Positions 26,162 through 38,167 of a stretch of 64,000 bases of DNA are shown here, in pieces. The position numbers were made by a program, and so were the translations under genes. The DNA is taken from contig NC_069003.1 of the NCBI RefSeq assembly GCF_001194135.2, positions 32,022,089 through 32,086,088 on the forward strand, written 5' to 3'. Position 1 is the first letter of the stretch, and each line of letters begins with the position of its first letter. Under the pieces are notes generated by a model. That model was not told where the DNA came from. It saw only the letters and a program-made list of their open reading frames with translations, and searched no databases. The DNA comes from Octopus bimaculoides. Lineage: Eukaryota.

Positions 26162-28015
26162 CTAGAGATTAAATAATAAATAAATACACAAATTTTAATA
26201 CAGGTGCATGAATATATTATACAAACACTCACACACATATATAAACACATATTTATATAAGTATATCATTATCACCATCTTACATTTGCCTTCATACTAG
26301 TGTGTGTGTGTGTGTGTGAGATGACAGGATCTGACAAGATGGAAGACTGCATTGTATTATACCTCAATAAAATTATGTATGTATGTGTGTATTTGTATTC
26401 ATATAATTATATAGATATACTCATGCATACACTATTTCATTTCTACTCTAGGTGTTTCGCATGCTTCTAGTGCAGCATCTGCATCTTGCATTCATGCACA
26501 CCAATGCAGCCAAAATGTTCCAATTAATACTTTACTCTGATGCTGGAAACCTACTATTGTTAGATGGAGCTGGAGGCCTTGTTTCCCATCACAAGGTGGG
26601 TAATGGCAGATGGAATTTAAACTGCCAGTAAACAGAAATGGCAATGCATCTCATCTATAAAGCCTTGCTAATCTATAAATTCTACCACTCTGGACTGGGC
26701 ACTTTATTAATCCAAAAAGGGGCAAAAGGACAAAGAACCAGTGCAAATAGTGTAAGGCATTCTATCCAATGGTTAGGCTTAAGGATGTTAGTAAATAATT
26801 AAAAAGGTTAATCACAAATAACCAACTGGGAAAGTAAATGTGATGATGATGATGAAACTAAACTGTGTGTGTGAGAGAGAACACGAAGGAGAGTGTGTGT
26901 GTGTGTGTGAGAGAGAGAGAACATGAATGAGAAAGAAGAGGCACGACAGAAAGAGTGAGCATGAGAGTGTGAAAGAGAGAACATGATGGAGAGAGAGTGG
27001 GCATGAAAGAGAAAGAGACAGAGCATGAGAGAGAGAGACAGAGACAGAAATTACCTCCATCTTTTGCTCTTTCCAAATTATACACATAAGGTAAGCTCTA
27101 GACATTTGTTAAATAGTAACACTTATTAGAATTGTTTACACATTTTTTTATACATTTTTCCGTATTTTTTTTTTCTTTTGCTTAGTTGCAATTATGCAAA
27201 TGCAGAATTGGACGGTTTCGGAAATGGAATTGTTTGAGAAGAACACTTTTCCTTTTTTTTTAAGTTAATTATTTCTACATAACATTATTGAACAGAGAAA
27301 TTCACTCAACATTTGTAAATGGAGGGGGAGGGAGGGACAGAGAATAAAGAGAGAAAGTTAGAGAGAGATAGCTACAAATGTGTGTGTGTGTGTGTGATAA
27401 AGTTGGTATGNNNNNNNNNNNNNNNNNNNNNNNNNNNNNNNNNNNNNNNNNNNNNNNNNNNNNNNNNNNNNNNNNNNNNNNNNNNNNNNNNNNNNNNNNN
27501 NNNNNNNNNNNNNNNNNNNNNNNNNNNNNNNNNNNNNNNNNNNNNNNNNNNNNNNNNNNNNNNNNNNNNNNNNNNNNNNNNNNNNNNNNNNNNNNNNNNN
27601 NNNNNNNNNNNNNNNNNNNNNNNNNNNNNNNNNNNNNNNNNNNNNNNNNNNNNNNNNNNNNNNNNNNNNNNNNNNNNNNNNNNNNNNNNNNNNNNNNNNN
27701 NNNNNNNNNNTATATATATATGTATATATATATGTATATATATATGTATGTCTTCATATATATGGAACAGATAATTCTATAAACTATTTAACACACCACC
27801 CCGCCAAATAACAACAACAACACCAACAACAACAACAAAGGCGACCAAATGCCGTTTTGTACGACCAAACTTCCTTTATATGAAAGTGCTTAGCATAAAA
27901 TAACCCAGCATATTATTTATAGGTATGGAAGTGTCGGTTTTATCTGCAACCTTTGACATAAACCTCTTCCACTAAATTATGGAGATGAGAAGAATAATTC
28001 TGAATGTATTATTCC

Positions 28016-28268
28016 AACAGATGGAATAATAATAATAATGATGATAATAATAATAATAATAATAATAAGAAGAAGAACAACAACAACAACAAGCTCAGCG
28101 TCACTTTGATGGTGTGTTCTGCTCTCTCACTCAATAATAATAATAATAATAATAATAAGAAGAAGAATAACAATAATAATAATAATAACAACCCCAGCAT
28201 CACTTTGATGGTGTGTTCTGCTCTCTCACTCAATAACAACAACAATAATATAAACAGATGGAATAATA
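28016..28268. repeat. Compound (AAT/AAG/AAC)n microsatellite with a duplicated 41-bp core, bounded by a 16-bp direct repeat
   Basis: cagc[ga]tcactttgatggtgtgttctgctctctcactcaataa occurs twice; aacagatggaataata at 28016 and 28253. Confidence 0.8.
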
Positions 28269-28656
28269 GAAAAAAAGAGAGAAAGAGAGAGAGAGATGAA
28301 TGAAGTGTTATTTAATGTGGGGTGTCCAAATTAGCTCCAAGTGAATTATTATGTATGAACTGGTTGTTACTTCCTCTGTTCCACACACATATATCACTCA
28401 TTTTAAAACAAGACACCATCGGATGAGCTAAACAGGAAAAATACACCTACCCCCACTCCTTACTCATAATAATCTCTCTACTTATACACACACACACATA
28501 CACACACTCATACACATGTAAAAACAAAATCACATCCATACCTCCCACGCACATAAAATGCCCCCCCCCCCAGTGAAGGGCACGGGGGTGGGAGTGGGGT
28601 TCACTCAACCAGTTGAGAAAACCAGCCAAATCTACCTCAAAACACACTCCATGTCT

Positions 28657-28830
28657 TAACCCTTCAGCATTCAGATTTTGAATGTAATGCTTATTTATTG
28701 ACACTCTTTTGAATTAGTCATGCATTATCTCATAGCTTCAACATTTTGATGATGCGTTTGTTTATTTTTAGAATGACATTGTAAGGTAGGTGTGAGAGGC
28801 CAAACTTGGTCAGCTAAGATGTTAAAAGCT
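28657..28830 (+). mobile_element. piggyBac-like MITE (family E, TTAA-CCCTTTAGCATT ends); other copies about 1220-1365, 14972-15189, 29268-29493(-), 43290-43465(-), 45318-45535(-), 46358-47135(-)
   Basis: Shared core cattcagattactct..aatgtaat..gaatgacattgtagggtaggtgtgagagg in many copies; TTAA-CCC termini. Confidence 0.7.
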
Positions 28831-29749
28831 TAAAAAAAAAAAACGAATGGACAATGTAGTTCTAGAAGTACAATATATACTTTATAAAATATAACGTATA
28901 TTACACACACACGTACATACATACAGACATATATACAGATATGAATTTTATCAATTAACTGCCAGTGCTGGTGACACATAAAAAGCACCATTTGAGCATG
29001 GTCATTGCCAGTGCCGCCTGACTAGCTCCCATGCCGGCGGCATGTAAAAAGTACCATTCAAGTGTGGCTGATGCCAGTACCACCTGACTGGTCCTCATGC
29101 CGGTGGCACGTAAAAGCACCCACTACACTCTTGGAGTGGTTGGCGTTAGGAAGGGCATCCAGTCATAGAGACCATGTCAAAGCAGACAGTAAAGTTTGAT
29201 GCGGTCTTCTGGCTTGCCAGCTCCTGTCAAACAGTCCAATCTATGCCAGTATGTGAAGTGGACACTAACCCCTTTTGCAGTTAAACCAGCTATATCTACC
29301 TCACATATTCTACATATTTTATACTAAAACCGACCAGATATGGCCTCTCACACCAACATCACAATGTCATTCTAAAAATAAACAATCACATCATTAAATT
29401 CTTGCAGCTACAAGATAATGTAGGATTAATTCGAAATGATGTGAATAAATAAACCTTACATTTGAGAGAGTAATCTGAATGCCAGAGGGTTAAATGATGA
29501 CGATAACGATGAATGCATATTAAAGTATTTATTTTGTGAATAAAAATAGCTATGAAAAGTTTCCTGCTGAGATTCATTTGGTATGATGCTAAATTTATTG
29601 ATGATGCATTAGCTGACAATGAAATTACAGGCAATGTATTTTATTTATCGCAGTATAATTAACCAGTAATGATTTCACAGTGAACCAAATTATTGTTGTG
29701 GATTTGAATTTTAAAATAAATGAACTGATAGAAGATGTGAAAAAGTAAC

Positions 29750-29940
29750 CTTGTTTCAACACTGAGGAAATTTGGTAGTTTGACATAATGAAGGGATTTG
29801 CCTAGTTTGGTAACAATACGTGGAATTTCAACTTCAATCATTGTCTCTGGAGGTTCCTCTTCTTGTGGGGCTGCAGCCCCTGTTTCTCCATCTCCTTCTC
29901 CTTCTCCTTCTTCATCTTCATCTTCAATTAAAGGTTTTGT
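29750..29940 (-). CDS. LEO1: LEO1 exon 6 (TKPLIED...[31 protein letters not shown])
   Basis: Start of the Leo1 domain; acceptor tctatcccag; weak donor AG|GTTACT required by phase. Confidence 0.92.
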
Positions 29941-30754
29941 CTGGGATAGAACATGATACAATGGGTAAGATGAAGACACCTCTGAGAAGAAAAGGGTAAG
30001 AAAAAACAAAACAAACCCCCAACATAATGGCTGGGCTCCAGCAAGACACAACCAACTGGAATAAAACAGCAAATATTTAGCTAGAAATGTTAGTGTGTTC
30101 AAGTGAACATTAAATCCTTCTTCATATTTATTTATTTTGACTAACTTTAAATATACTTCATTTTTGTATCTGGTTTGCAAGATTCTTTATGCAAATTTGT
30201 GTGTTGAAACAAATTTTGTTGTGTCTAAGGAGAGTCAAGATGGAATTGAACCAGTGCATGTGTGAATTATACTGGCATAATGACTCTACCTAGACAACAA
30301 AATTTAAATAGACTCTTATATTGTGAGTGGATGGCAGCATGTGTAGAGCAGCAGGCAAAATAGCTTGTGTTTTTTGGTTATATCTTCTTTATGCTTTGAG
30401 TTCAGATCATAGCTATGACTATGTTACCTTTCATCGAGTCTGAATGTAATAAAATAAGTTACCAACTATACCTTAAAAGGCATGCCTCAGCATGGCTGTT
30501 GTCCAGGGACTGAAAACAATAAAAGAAATAAGAGAATATCGAATTTATTCCCATGATCCAAAGAATGAATATGGTATATTCTCTGATTGGCTTCAGTAAA
30601 TGGACTGTGGCCATACTGCCATACCGTGGCACTGCTTTCAAGAGTTCTTATGTCAATTATGGTGTATGCTGCATATGTAAGAAGCGCTGTGATTTCTTGT
30701 AGTTAAAATTCCAAAATGTTCTTTGTCCATAACGAAGGAAAAAAAAAAAATTAC

Positions 30755-30828
30755 CGTTTTACTTTCTTCGTCTTTATCTTCATCTGAGGAGACGTCATCC
30801 ATTTCACCAAATATAGCGTCTGCTGTGG
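30755..30828 (-). CDS. LEO1: LEO1 exon 5 (ATADAIFGEMDDVSSDEDKDEESKT)
   Basis: Acceptor tgtctaccag, donor ACG|GTAATT; D-IFG--DD-SSD motif typical of LEO1. Confidence 0.88.
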
Positions 30829-32519
30829 CTGGTAGACAAAGGAAGAAGAAAAACCATGTACGCATACATTGCCACATCATCAACATTTGAACACCCACTT
30901 TCTCATACTTGCATAGGCTGGATGGAGTTTATTGAAGCGCAGATTTTCTATAGCTGGATGCTCTTCCTATCACCAACCCTCACCTATCCCCAAGCAAGGT
31001 AATATCTCTGTATGACCAGAATATTGGAAATGACACTGCTTGTGTGACAGTGACAATCATTTGCAACTATTACACATTGTCAAGACAAAGACACACACAC
31101 ACACACACAAGAAGCTTCTGTTTAGCTCCTGTCAACCAAGTCCACTCACAAAGCTATGGTCACCCTATGACTACAGTAAGAGACATTTACCTAAGGTCCG
31201 ATCCAATGGGACTGAACCTGGAACTATGTGGTTGGGAAGCAAACTTCTTACCACACAGCCATCCTGTGCCTGTGATAATGATAATGATAATACACACACA
31301 TACACACACACATACACACACACATACACACACACATACATACATACATGCATACAAGCACACACAAACAAATGCACAAATGAAAGGAAACAGCAATCAA
31401 AATCTTTCAGAGTTTAATTGTATTAACAGTCTGACTCAGAACCACATTAAGTTGAAGTTTCACACAAGTGAGAAAAGACACTCCTGTTTGTTTGGATGCA
31501 ACTTTTTACCAAAAATATGTCACAAAAATTTACTGTACATTCTAGAGCAGGCATGGGCAACCTTTTGCAAGAAGTGGGCCACATGAGACATGACTCATCA
31601 TCCTCGTTTAATGTCTGCTTTCCATACTGGCATGGGCTGAACAGTTTGACAGGAACTGGGCAGTCAGAAGACTGTGCCAAACTTCTGTGTCTGTTTTGGC
31701 ATGGTTTTTATGGCTGGATGCCCTTCCTAATACTAATAAAAATAAAAATTCAACACAATTTTGCACTTATGTATGCAATTCAGAAAGTCTCGTAGGCTAC
31801 AGTTTGTCTACAACTGTCCAAGGAATGGTTACCTAGGCTAAACTTTCCAAGCCACTGTACTGTAAAAATATGACAAAAATGGAAATTATAAAATGGTTAA
31901 CAGTCTCTATGCCACTGTCACTCTGATAAAATATGTGTAAGGGCTGAGACTGTCTTTAATCTTTTACCTGATCAAGTCACTGGGCTGTGGCCATGCTGGA
32001 GCACCACCTTGAAGTGTTTAGTCAAACAAATTGATCCCAGGACTTATTTTTTAAACCTAGTACTTATTCTATCAATCTCATTTGCCAAACTGCTAAGTTA
32101 TGCAGACATAAACAAACCAACACCAATACAGAGATCTACATACACACATGTAATTATATATTTTGTGTGTGTATGTATGTATGTATATATGATGGGCTTC
32201 TACACAGTTTGCTTTCCAAATTCATTCACAAGGTGTTTGTTGTCCCAGAGCTATTGCAGAAGACACTTGCCCAAGATGCCATGCAATGGGATTGAACCTG
32301 AAACCACTTTGTAGTAAAGCAAACTTCTTAAGCACACAGCCATGCCTACACCTTTGATGTTTAATATTTCATTTCTCAAAAATTTTCAAATCAGTATTGG
32401 AGTGCATCTTTAAGGCCAGCATGTCTTCAATGTAGAAAGTATAGTAATTAGAAGAAATATAATCATGAAAGGTTTTAAATATACATTTAGTTGAATATGT
32501 ATTGAGAAAATAATTTTAC

Positions 32520-32651
32520 CAAGGTTATTCTCATCATCAGAACTTTTCCTTTTGTCGTCACCATCCTCTTCATCACTAGAAATCTGTTGTTTCTTTTTTC
32601 TAACCCTTTCTTCTGACTCACTGTCAACACTGCTTGCATGAGATTCAGCAT
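32520..32651 (-). CDS. LEO1: LEO1 exon 4 (DAESHASSVDSESEERVRKKKQQILSDEEDGDDKRKSSDDENNL)
   Basis: Acceptor ctctatcag, donor G|GTAAAA, phase 1-1; acidic/basic LEO1-like composition. Confidence 0.85.
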
Positions 32652-33213
32652 CTGATAGAGAATGGATAACACAAAATTCCGTAACATCTCCTCACTTAAA
32701 TACATGGAAAATATTACTGTATTTTCTGGTATAAAAGTAAAATTTTTCAGACAAGATTTACAGCCAAAAATAAAAGGTAGGTTGACTTATACACCAAGAC
32801 AACTTTGGAGGACCAAAAATTCAATGCGAAATGCAGCAGTATTTGGAAAGATAATGATGATATTTGAGTGTTTATACTGCATGTGACATGACTCATCGTC
32901 AGGCAAGTCACACTACTAACAAAATGCAATGTAATTTTTTTGTTAGACATACCATCCAGAAAGTCCCACAGGCTGCAGGTCGTCCATAACAGGTAAAATC
33001 ATAGAATAATTGAAAATTACACATTCAAAAATTTATTGTTTCAAATTTAATGAATGGAAAAAGAATTCTTAATTTTGAAAAGGAGACTATTTCAAACTTG
33101 AAATTTAGCATCAGCTAACCAGATGTTAGACAACAATTGTTAGAGACAGGATTAAACAGCTACAATTTTGTTTCCAGAGAAAGGTCCTTCCTACCACTAG
33201 CTGCTCAGTAGCT

Positions 33214-33261
33214 GAAGTAGGATGGTTATGAAGTAGGATGGTTATGAAGTAGGATGGTTAT
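33214..33261. repeat. Three perfect copies of the 16-mer GAAGTAGGATGGTTAT
   Basis: Read directly. Confidence 0.95.
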
Positions 33262-33712
33262 GTTGGCTCAGCCAGGCAAACTGGAACCAGAAGAGTTATG
33301 TACCTTCATTGAAAAAGATATAATACAATGGCTGAAATGAGATTTGAACTTCTGACCACGTAGTCAGTAGTCCAGCACCTTAACTATAGAGAGAGACATT
33401 GTGAACAAATTGAAAAGCATGCACTAATGAGGGATACTTTATGTGGTCATTCGATCTGCTAGAAACAGCAGCCAAATCTTCCTTAAATCACATCAAAGTG
33501 TCTTAAAACAAGATTGAACTGGACAGAGTAGTCTCATACACAGAAACATAGACTGATCAGGACTGGAATGTCACTGGTCATGTCTTTTCAATTGATGCTA
33601 ACTCGGTGTTAAACAACAGTAATTAAAATTAATAAAATAATAATTAATTATTATCAACTAAGTTAAACAGAATTTCAAAACAAACTATGAAGAATGGTAA
33701 ATTGGAACTTAC

Positions 33713-35068
33713 CAGACAGTTTCCGTTTCTTTTTCCTCTTCCGATACTCAGCACCAGAATCGTCACTGTCAGCTTTACCACTGCCAGCATCAGACTTGTT
33801 CTCATCATCACTGTGATCTTTGGCACTGCTGGCTACAGAACCCTTATCTGACTTGGCATCATCATCATCACTGCCTCTTCTCACACTTCCGTTGTCTGAC
33901 CCCTTATCAGAGACATGGCCTTCGTCATCGCTGCCCCTTTTTGCACTTTCATATTCTGACCCTTTGTCTGAGCCATGGCCTTCGTCATCAGACTTGTGTT
34001 TATCCACCTCCAGATCGTCATCACTACCAGCTCTTTCAGATGCCTTTTCTTCGTCAGATCTCTCTTTATCTTTAGTATCAGTTACAGACTTTCTCCCCTC
34101 TACACTACTAACACTCTTCTCATCATCACTTCTGTTATCGTCTTCTCGACTTGCCTTATCAATTTCCATTTTATTATCATCGTCGTCCTCGTCTTCAGGT
34201 GCGCTGTCTTTATCGCCAGCATGGCTAGCTGCATCGCTGTGAGTCACTGATGGTGGAGGACTCTGATCACTGCGAACAGAAGCAGCGCGGCTTTCATTGC
34301 TCTCAGCGGGAGAAGCTGGCCTACTACCGTCACTATGTGGTGAAGCAGGTCGGCTGATATTACTACCCGTGGGTGAAGCTGGTGTACTTGCATCGCTGCC
34401 TGCTGGTGACCCTGGTTTACTGACATCACTCTGTGCAACAGAAGGTGCTTGACTGCCCTCACTTGGTGCTGGGGACCCAGGTCGACTGCCATCACTTTGA
34501 TTAGAAGATCTGGCTTCACTGGCATCACTTTGGTTGGGAGAGCCAGGACGACTGGAATCACTAGCTGGGGAGCCTGCCCTACTAGCATCACTTTGAACAG
34601 GAGAGGCCGGCTGGCTGCCATCACTCCCTGCTGGAGAAGCAGGTCTACTTACATCACTCGCTTCAGGTGAACCAGGCTGGCTAGGGTTACTAGCAGCTGG
34701 AGATGCAGCTTGGCTACCATCTACACTGGGACTTTGAGGGGCTGAACTGGCTTCACTCTTTGCTGGACTGCTTGCTCTGCTGCTCCGCTGGCTCCCACGA
34801 TCACTTTCAGCTGGGCTGCTAGCTCTAGACCGATCTCCACTACCGCTACGAGCTGATGAAGCAGGAGACCCTGCAGGGCTACCAGACCTACTACGATCAC
34901 TTCTGGCTGGACTCCCAGGTTCAGAAGCGCTATCTCTTGGAGATCCGGGTGCACTGTCTGAGCCACTTTCTTGGCCACTACCAGCTCCACTCTTTGCTGA
35001 AGCTACTGCAGAAAGAATGCTTCCTTCATTATCTGAACCGGAATCTGCATTTGACCCAGAACCACTTC
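33713..35068 (-). CDS. LEO1: LEO1 exon 3 (1356 nt; Ser/Asp/Pro low-complexity repeats)
   Basis: Long ORF 33675..35090; acceptor ataatctag, donor G|GTAAGT, phase 1-1. Confidence 0.9.
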
Positions 35069-35173
35069 CTAGATTATAAAGCAAGAACAAAGAAAAATAA
35101 CAAAATCAACTAAATGTTTCATAGGGAAGATTTTTGCTCCTTAAAATACTGAACATTAACTATAACACTTTAA

Positions 35174-35395
35174 CCCTTTCATTACTGTATTTATTTTGAG
35201 ATGTTTTGTGTTTCTTTCAATTAATTTTAAATATAACAATGAATTTAGTAAAATAACTTAGTTATCATTAAGTTAGTGTTAGGAGCATAAATTGTGACTA
35301 AGGTTTGGGGGAAGATTTTAATTCAAAACCTATGAAAACAAGACATTTGTACTACAGAGCCAAAGGCGGTTTCAGCTGGGTTAGTAATGAAAGGG
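35174..35395. mobile_element. piggyBac-like MITE (family D), complete copy
   Basis: TTAA at 35170-35173 and 35396-35399; TIRs CCCTTTCATTAC / GTAATGAAAGGG; homologous copies at 19300-19521 and 18849-18998. Confidence 0.75.
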
Positions 35396-35813
35396 TTAAC
35401 AAACAAGAAGGGGTTACATTTGATGTGCCTTTAAATTTCATCACATAAAAAAAGTATAAACCCTTCAGATTAATGTAAAATTGTTTATATTATAACATAT
35501 AAAAACAAACAAACACACACACACACACATATATGAACAAAAGTAGCTTCTATGCAGTTACTCAACCTCCAAGAAATAACAGTGAAATCTCTATCACACA
35601 ACACCCTACCATCTTAAAAATAAGGAAGGGCACATTAAATAATGTAGTTCATTTTAAAATGTGTGCAGGTATGTATTAAGAATGTTCACTTCACAATCAG
35701 ATGGTTCACATGGTTTTTAAAAATTTTATTTGGAACACTAAGTGTGTTAAAGTCATACAATTGATATTTGCACAGAAAAACCAAATCAGTATAAAGAATT
35801 AGTTTTATTTTAC

Positions 35814-35882
35814 CAGATTTTTCATCACCTGAGCCACTGCGCTGACTTAAGGGACTGGCAACAGGACTCGCAGGTCCTGATC
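35814..35882 (-). CDS. LEO1: LEO1 exon 2 (SGPASPVASPLSQRSGSGDEKS)
   Basis: Acceptor ttttttccacag, donor G|GTAAAA, phase 1-1, 69 nt. Confidence 0.8.
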
Positions 35883-35966
35883 CTGTGGAAAAAAGAAAAC
35901 AAAAACATGTTAGCTTACTAGTTTTATATTTATATATATATATATATATATNNNNNNNNNNNNNNN

Positions 35967-36360
35967 CTAACCGGCTTTCATTGTGGAGCAAATTTTCAAG
36001 AAGAAGGAGAATGAAAATGATTTTTACAAAGAAGTACAAAATGAAGAAAATAATATATAAAAAAATAAATATATATAAAAAAATAAATATACCAATACAT
36101 TATATTGTCTTTGAGCTTTTGAAGTTCAATGGTAATCCATGTATATAATGGTTGGAGAAATAAGGATGCATGAGAATTCAGAGTTGTGTTAGGTTTAAAA
36201 AAAGGGTTAAAAGTTTGTGTTAAGCAGGAAGTGTGCTGTCAAAACAGGAAGTGTGTGTAAGGGGAGACAAATGTTTTTAGTTGGAGTTATGAACTCTTTT
36301 TCAACAGGAAGTTCCTGTTTCAACATAAACTGTGGTTGAGCAATTCTTAGACACACCAAA
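35967..36360 (-). mobile_element. Non-coding 3' tail of the same Penelope-like family
   Basis: About 87-bp near-identity with 53030-53118 (caaaacaggaagtgtgtgtaaggggagacaaatgtttttagttggagttatgaactctttttcaacaggaagt). Confidence 0.45.
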
Positions 36361-38167
36361 TGTAACAACCTGGCCCTTTGAACTGCAGATACAACTCATT
36401 TTTGCCAGCTGAGTAGAGTGGAACAGCATGAAGTAAAGTGTCTTGCTCAAGGATACTACGAACTGCTGGGAATCAAACTCACAAATTCATGATAGTGAGC
36501 CAAAATATACTAACTACTAAGCCATATGTCTTTTACTGGTAGTGAAGAAGAAACTACGACATATAAAGTACAGACTATCTGATGACACATAGTTACATCT
36601 ACTCCATTTTACATTTCACTCTCAAGGCTTGGATTGATACAAGATGATGACAGAAAACACTTGTGTAAAGTGCTGTATACAGGTGGGGTTGAATTTAGAA
36701 TTTCACGAAGATGGAGAAATAACCTTAATTACATAGCATTCTCCCTGCACCATATCTCATTTACCTTAGGGGCCACAGAAGTTAAATGGATGATTTCTTT
36801 TTGATTGCAAATTAACTCTTTTGTTAGCATTTTCTGTTGAAATAGACTCTTTTTCTTTCAATTAATTTTGAAAATAATGAAAAAAAATTAGCAAAATAAT
36901 TTTGTCACTATTAAGCGGATGCCTGGAGCATTAATTAACACAGAATTTTGAGGGATGGTTTTTTTTTTTTAAATTCATATCACTTTAACCTGTTTGTTAC
37001 CATATTTTTGTTGAAATATACTGCTTTTGTTTTAATTAATTTTGAAAATAATGAAGAATTTATTAAAATAGCTCTTTCCTTATCAAGATGGTGTTTGCAG
37101 TATAAATTAAGGTTTTAGTTTAAATCATTTTAAAACAGAAAGCTTGTATCATAGAACCATGAGTGGATTCAGACAGGTTGGTATCATAAGGGTTAAAACA
37201 GGTACTTTATATAATAGACCCAGGGACAGTCTCAGTTGGATTGGTACCAAAAAGGTTTAAAATCCTCCGAAAATACTGCCTTAAAAATACACTGAATGAC
37301 TTTTATCTGGTAAATCCTATGGTACAGAACAACTGCTAGACCAGAGCAGGGCATACAGCTGTTAGGTCACATCTATTTTTTTTTTTGAGAATTTCTAGTG
37401 ATAGTATTCTAATCCATTAATCAATGCTTCAGGAAGGTTCAGAAGGATAGGGAAAGGAAGGCGGGGTAGGTGGAGAGTTCCTCTTAATTGTCATAATTGA
37501 CACATTCCTCTGTACAATATTTTTACCATCCAATCTCCATCCACTCACTCATCCAGAACTGTTTCAAGCACTACAAAAGCTAAAAGAACAACAAAATATA
37601 TATTGATTACATTGAACTAACTTAACCCTCCTTGTACTCAATCACCTCCTCCTCCTCCTTCTCCAAACACACAAGTCAACTGCTTTATCAGTGAAAGCAC
37701 ACAAGCCTGCTTCATCCGTAATAACAAATGCAAGGAATATTTAATATTGCCGGAGGAGGTATTTTTTTTTCAAGACAAAAAGCTGTTGATAAAAAAAAAA
37801 AAAAAAAAGAATCAAAAAAATATATATGAAAAAAAAAAACTATACACAAATAATATGAGATGGAATTATTTGAAAGAAAACAGAAAAGAGCCTTTTTTTT
37901 TTGTTTTGATAAAAAGGAAAGATAGTAAATTAATAATTTAAAATCCTGTTTACTGAACGACTCCCTTAAAGGGAACCATAGCAACAAGTTTTGAAGTGTG
38001 CTGACAGTTTTGCAAGAGGTGTTAATGAGATTTTTCTGCTTTTTTTTTTCTTTTGGATTATTATAAAGGGTTACAGGAAGGTAAACAATTAGGAAATGGA
38101 AACCAAAGAAGAGGAGGCGACAAGTTTTTAGAACTATAAACTAAAACAATTCCAAATTATTGCTTAA

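Noticed and set aside
28080-28240. Repeat-spacer-repeat pattern superficially like CRISPR (also the 16-bp x3 at 33214)
   Set aside because: Eukaryotic intron, only 2-3 units, spacers are microsatellite or absent, no cas genes.
33820-35113. Several overlapping ORFs antisense to or out of frame with LEO1 exon 3 (also 18035-18277 and 9156-9338)
   Set aside because: Shadows of low-complexity coding sequence; no independent signals.
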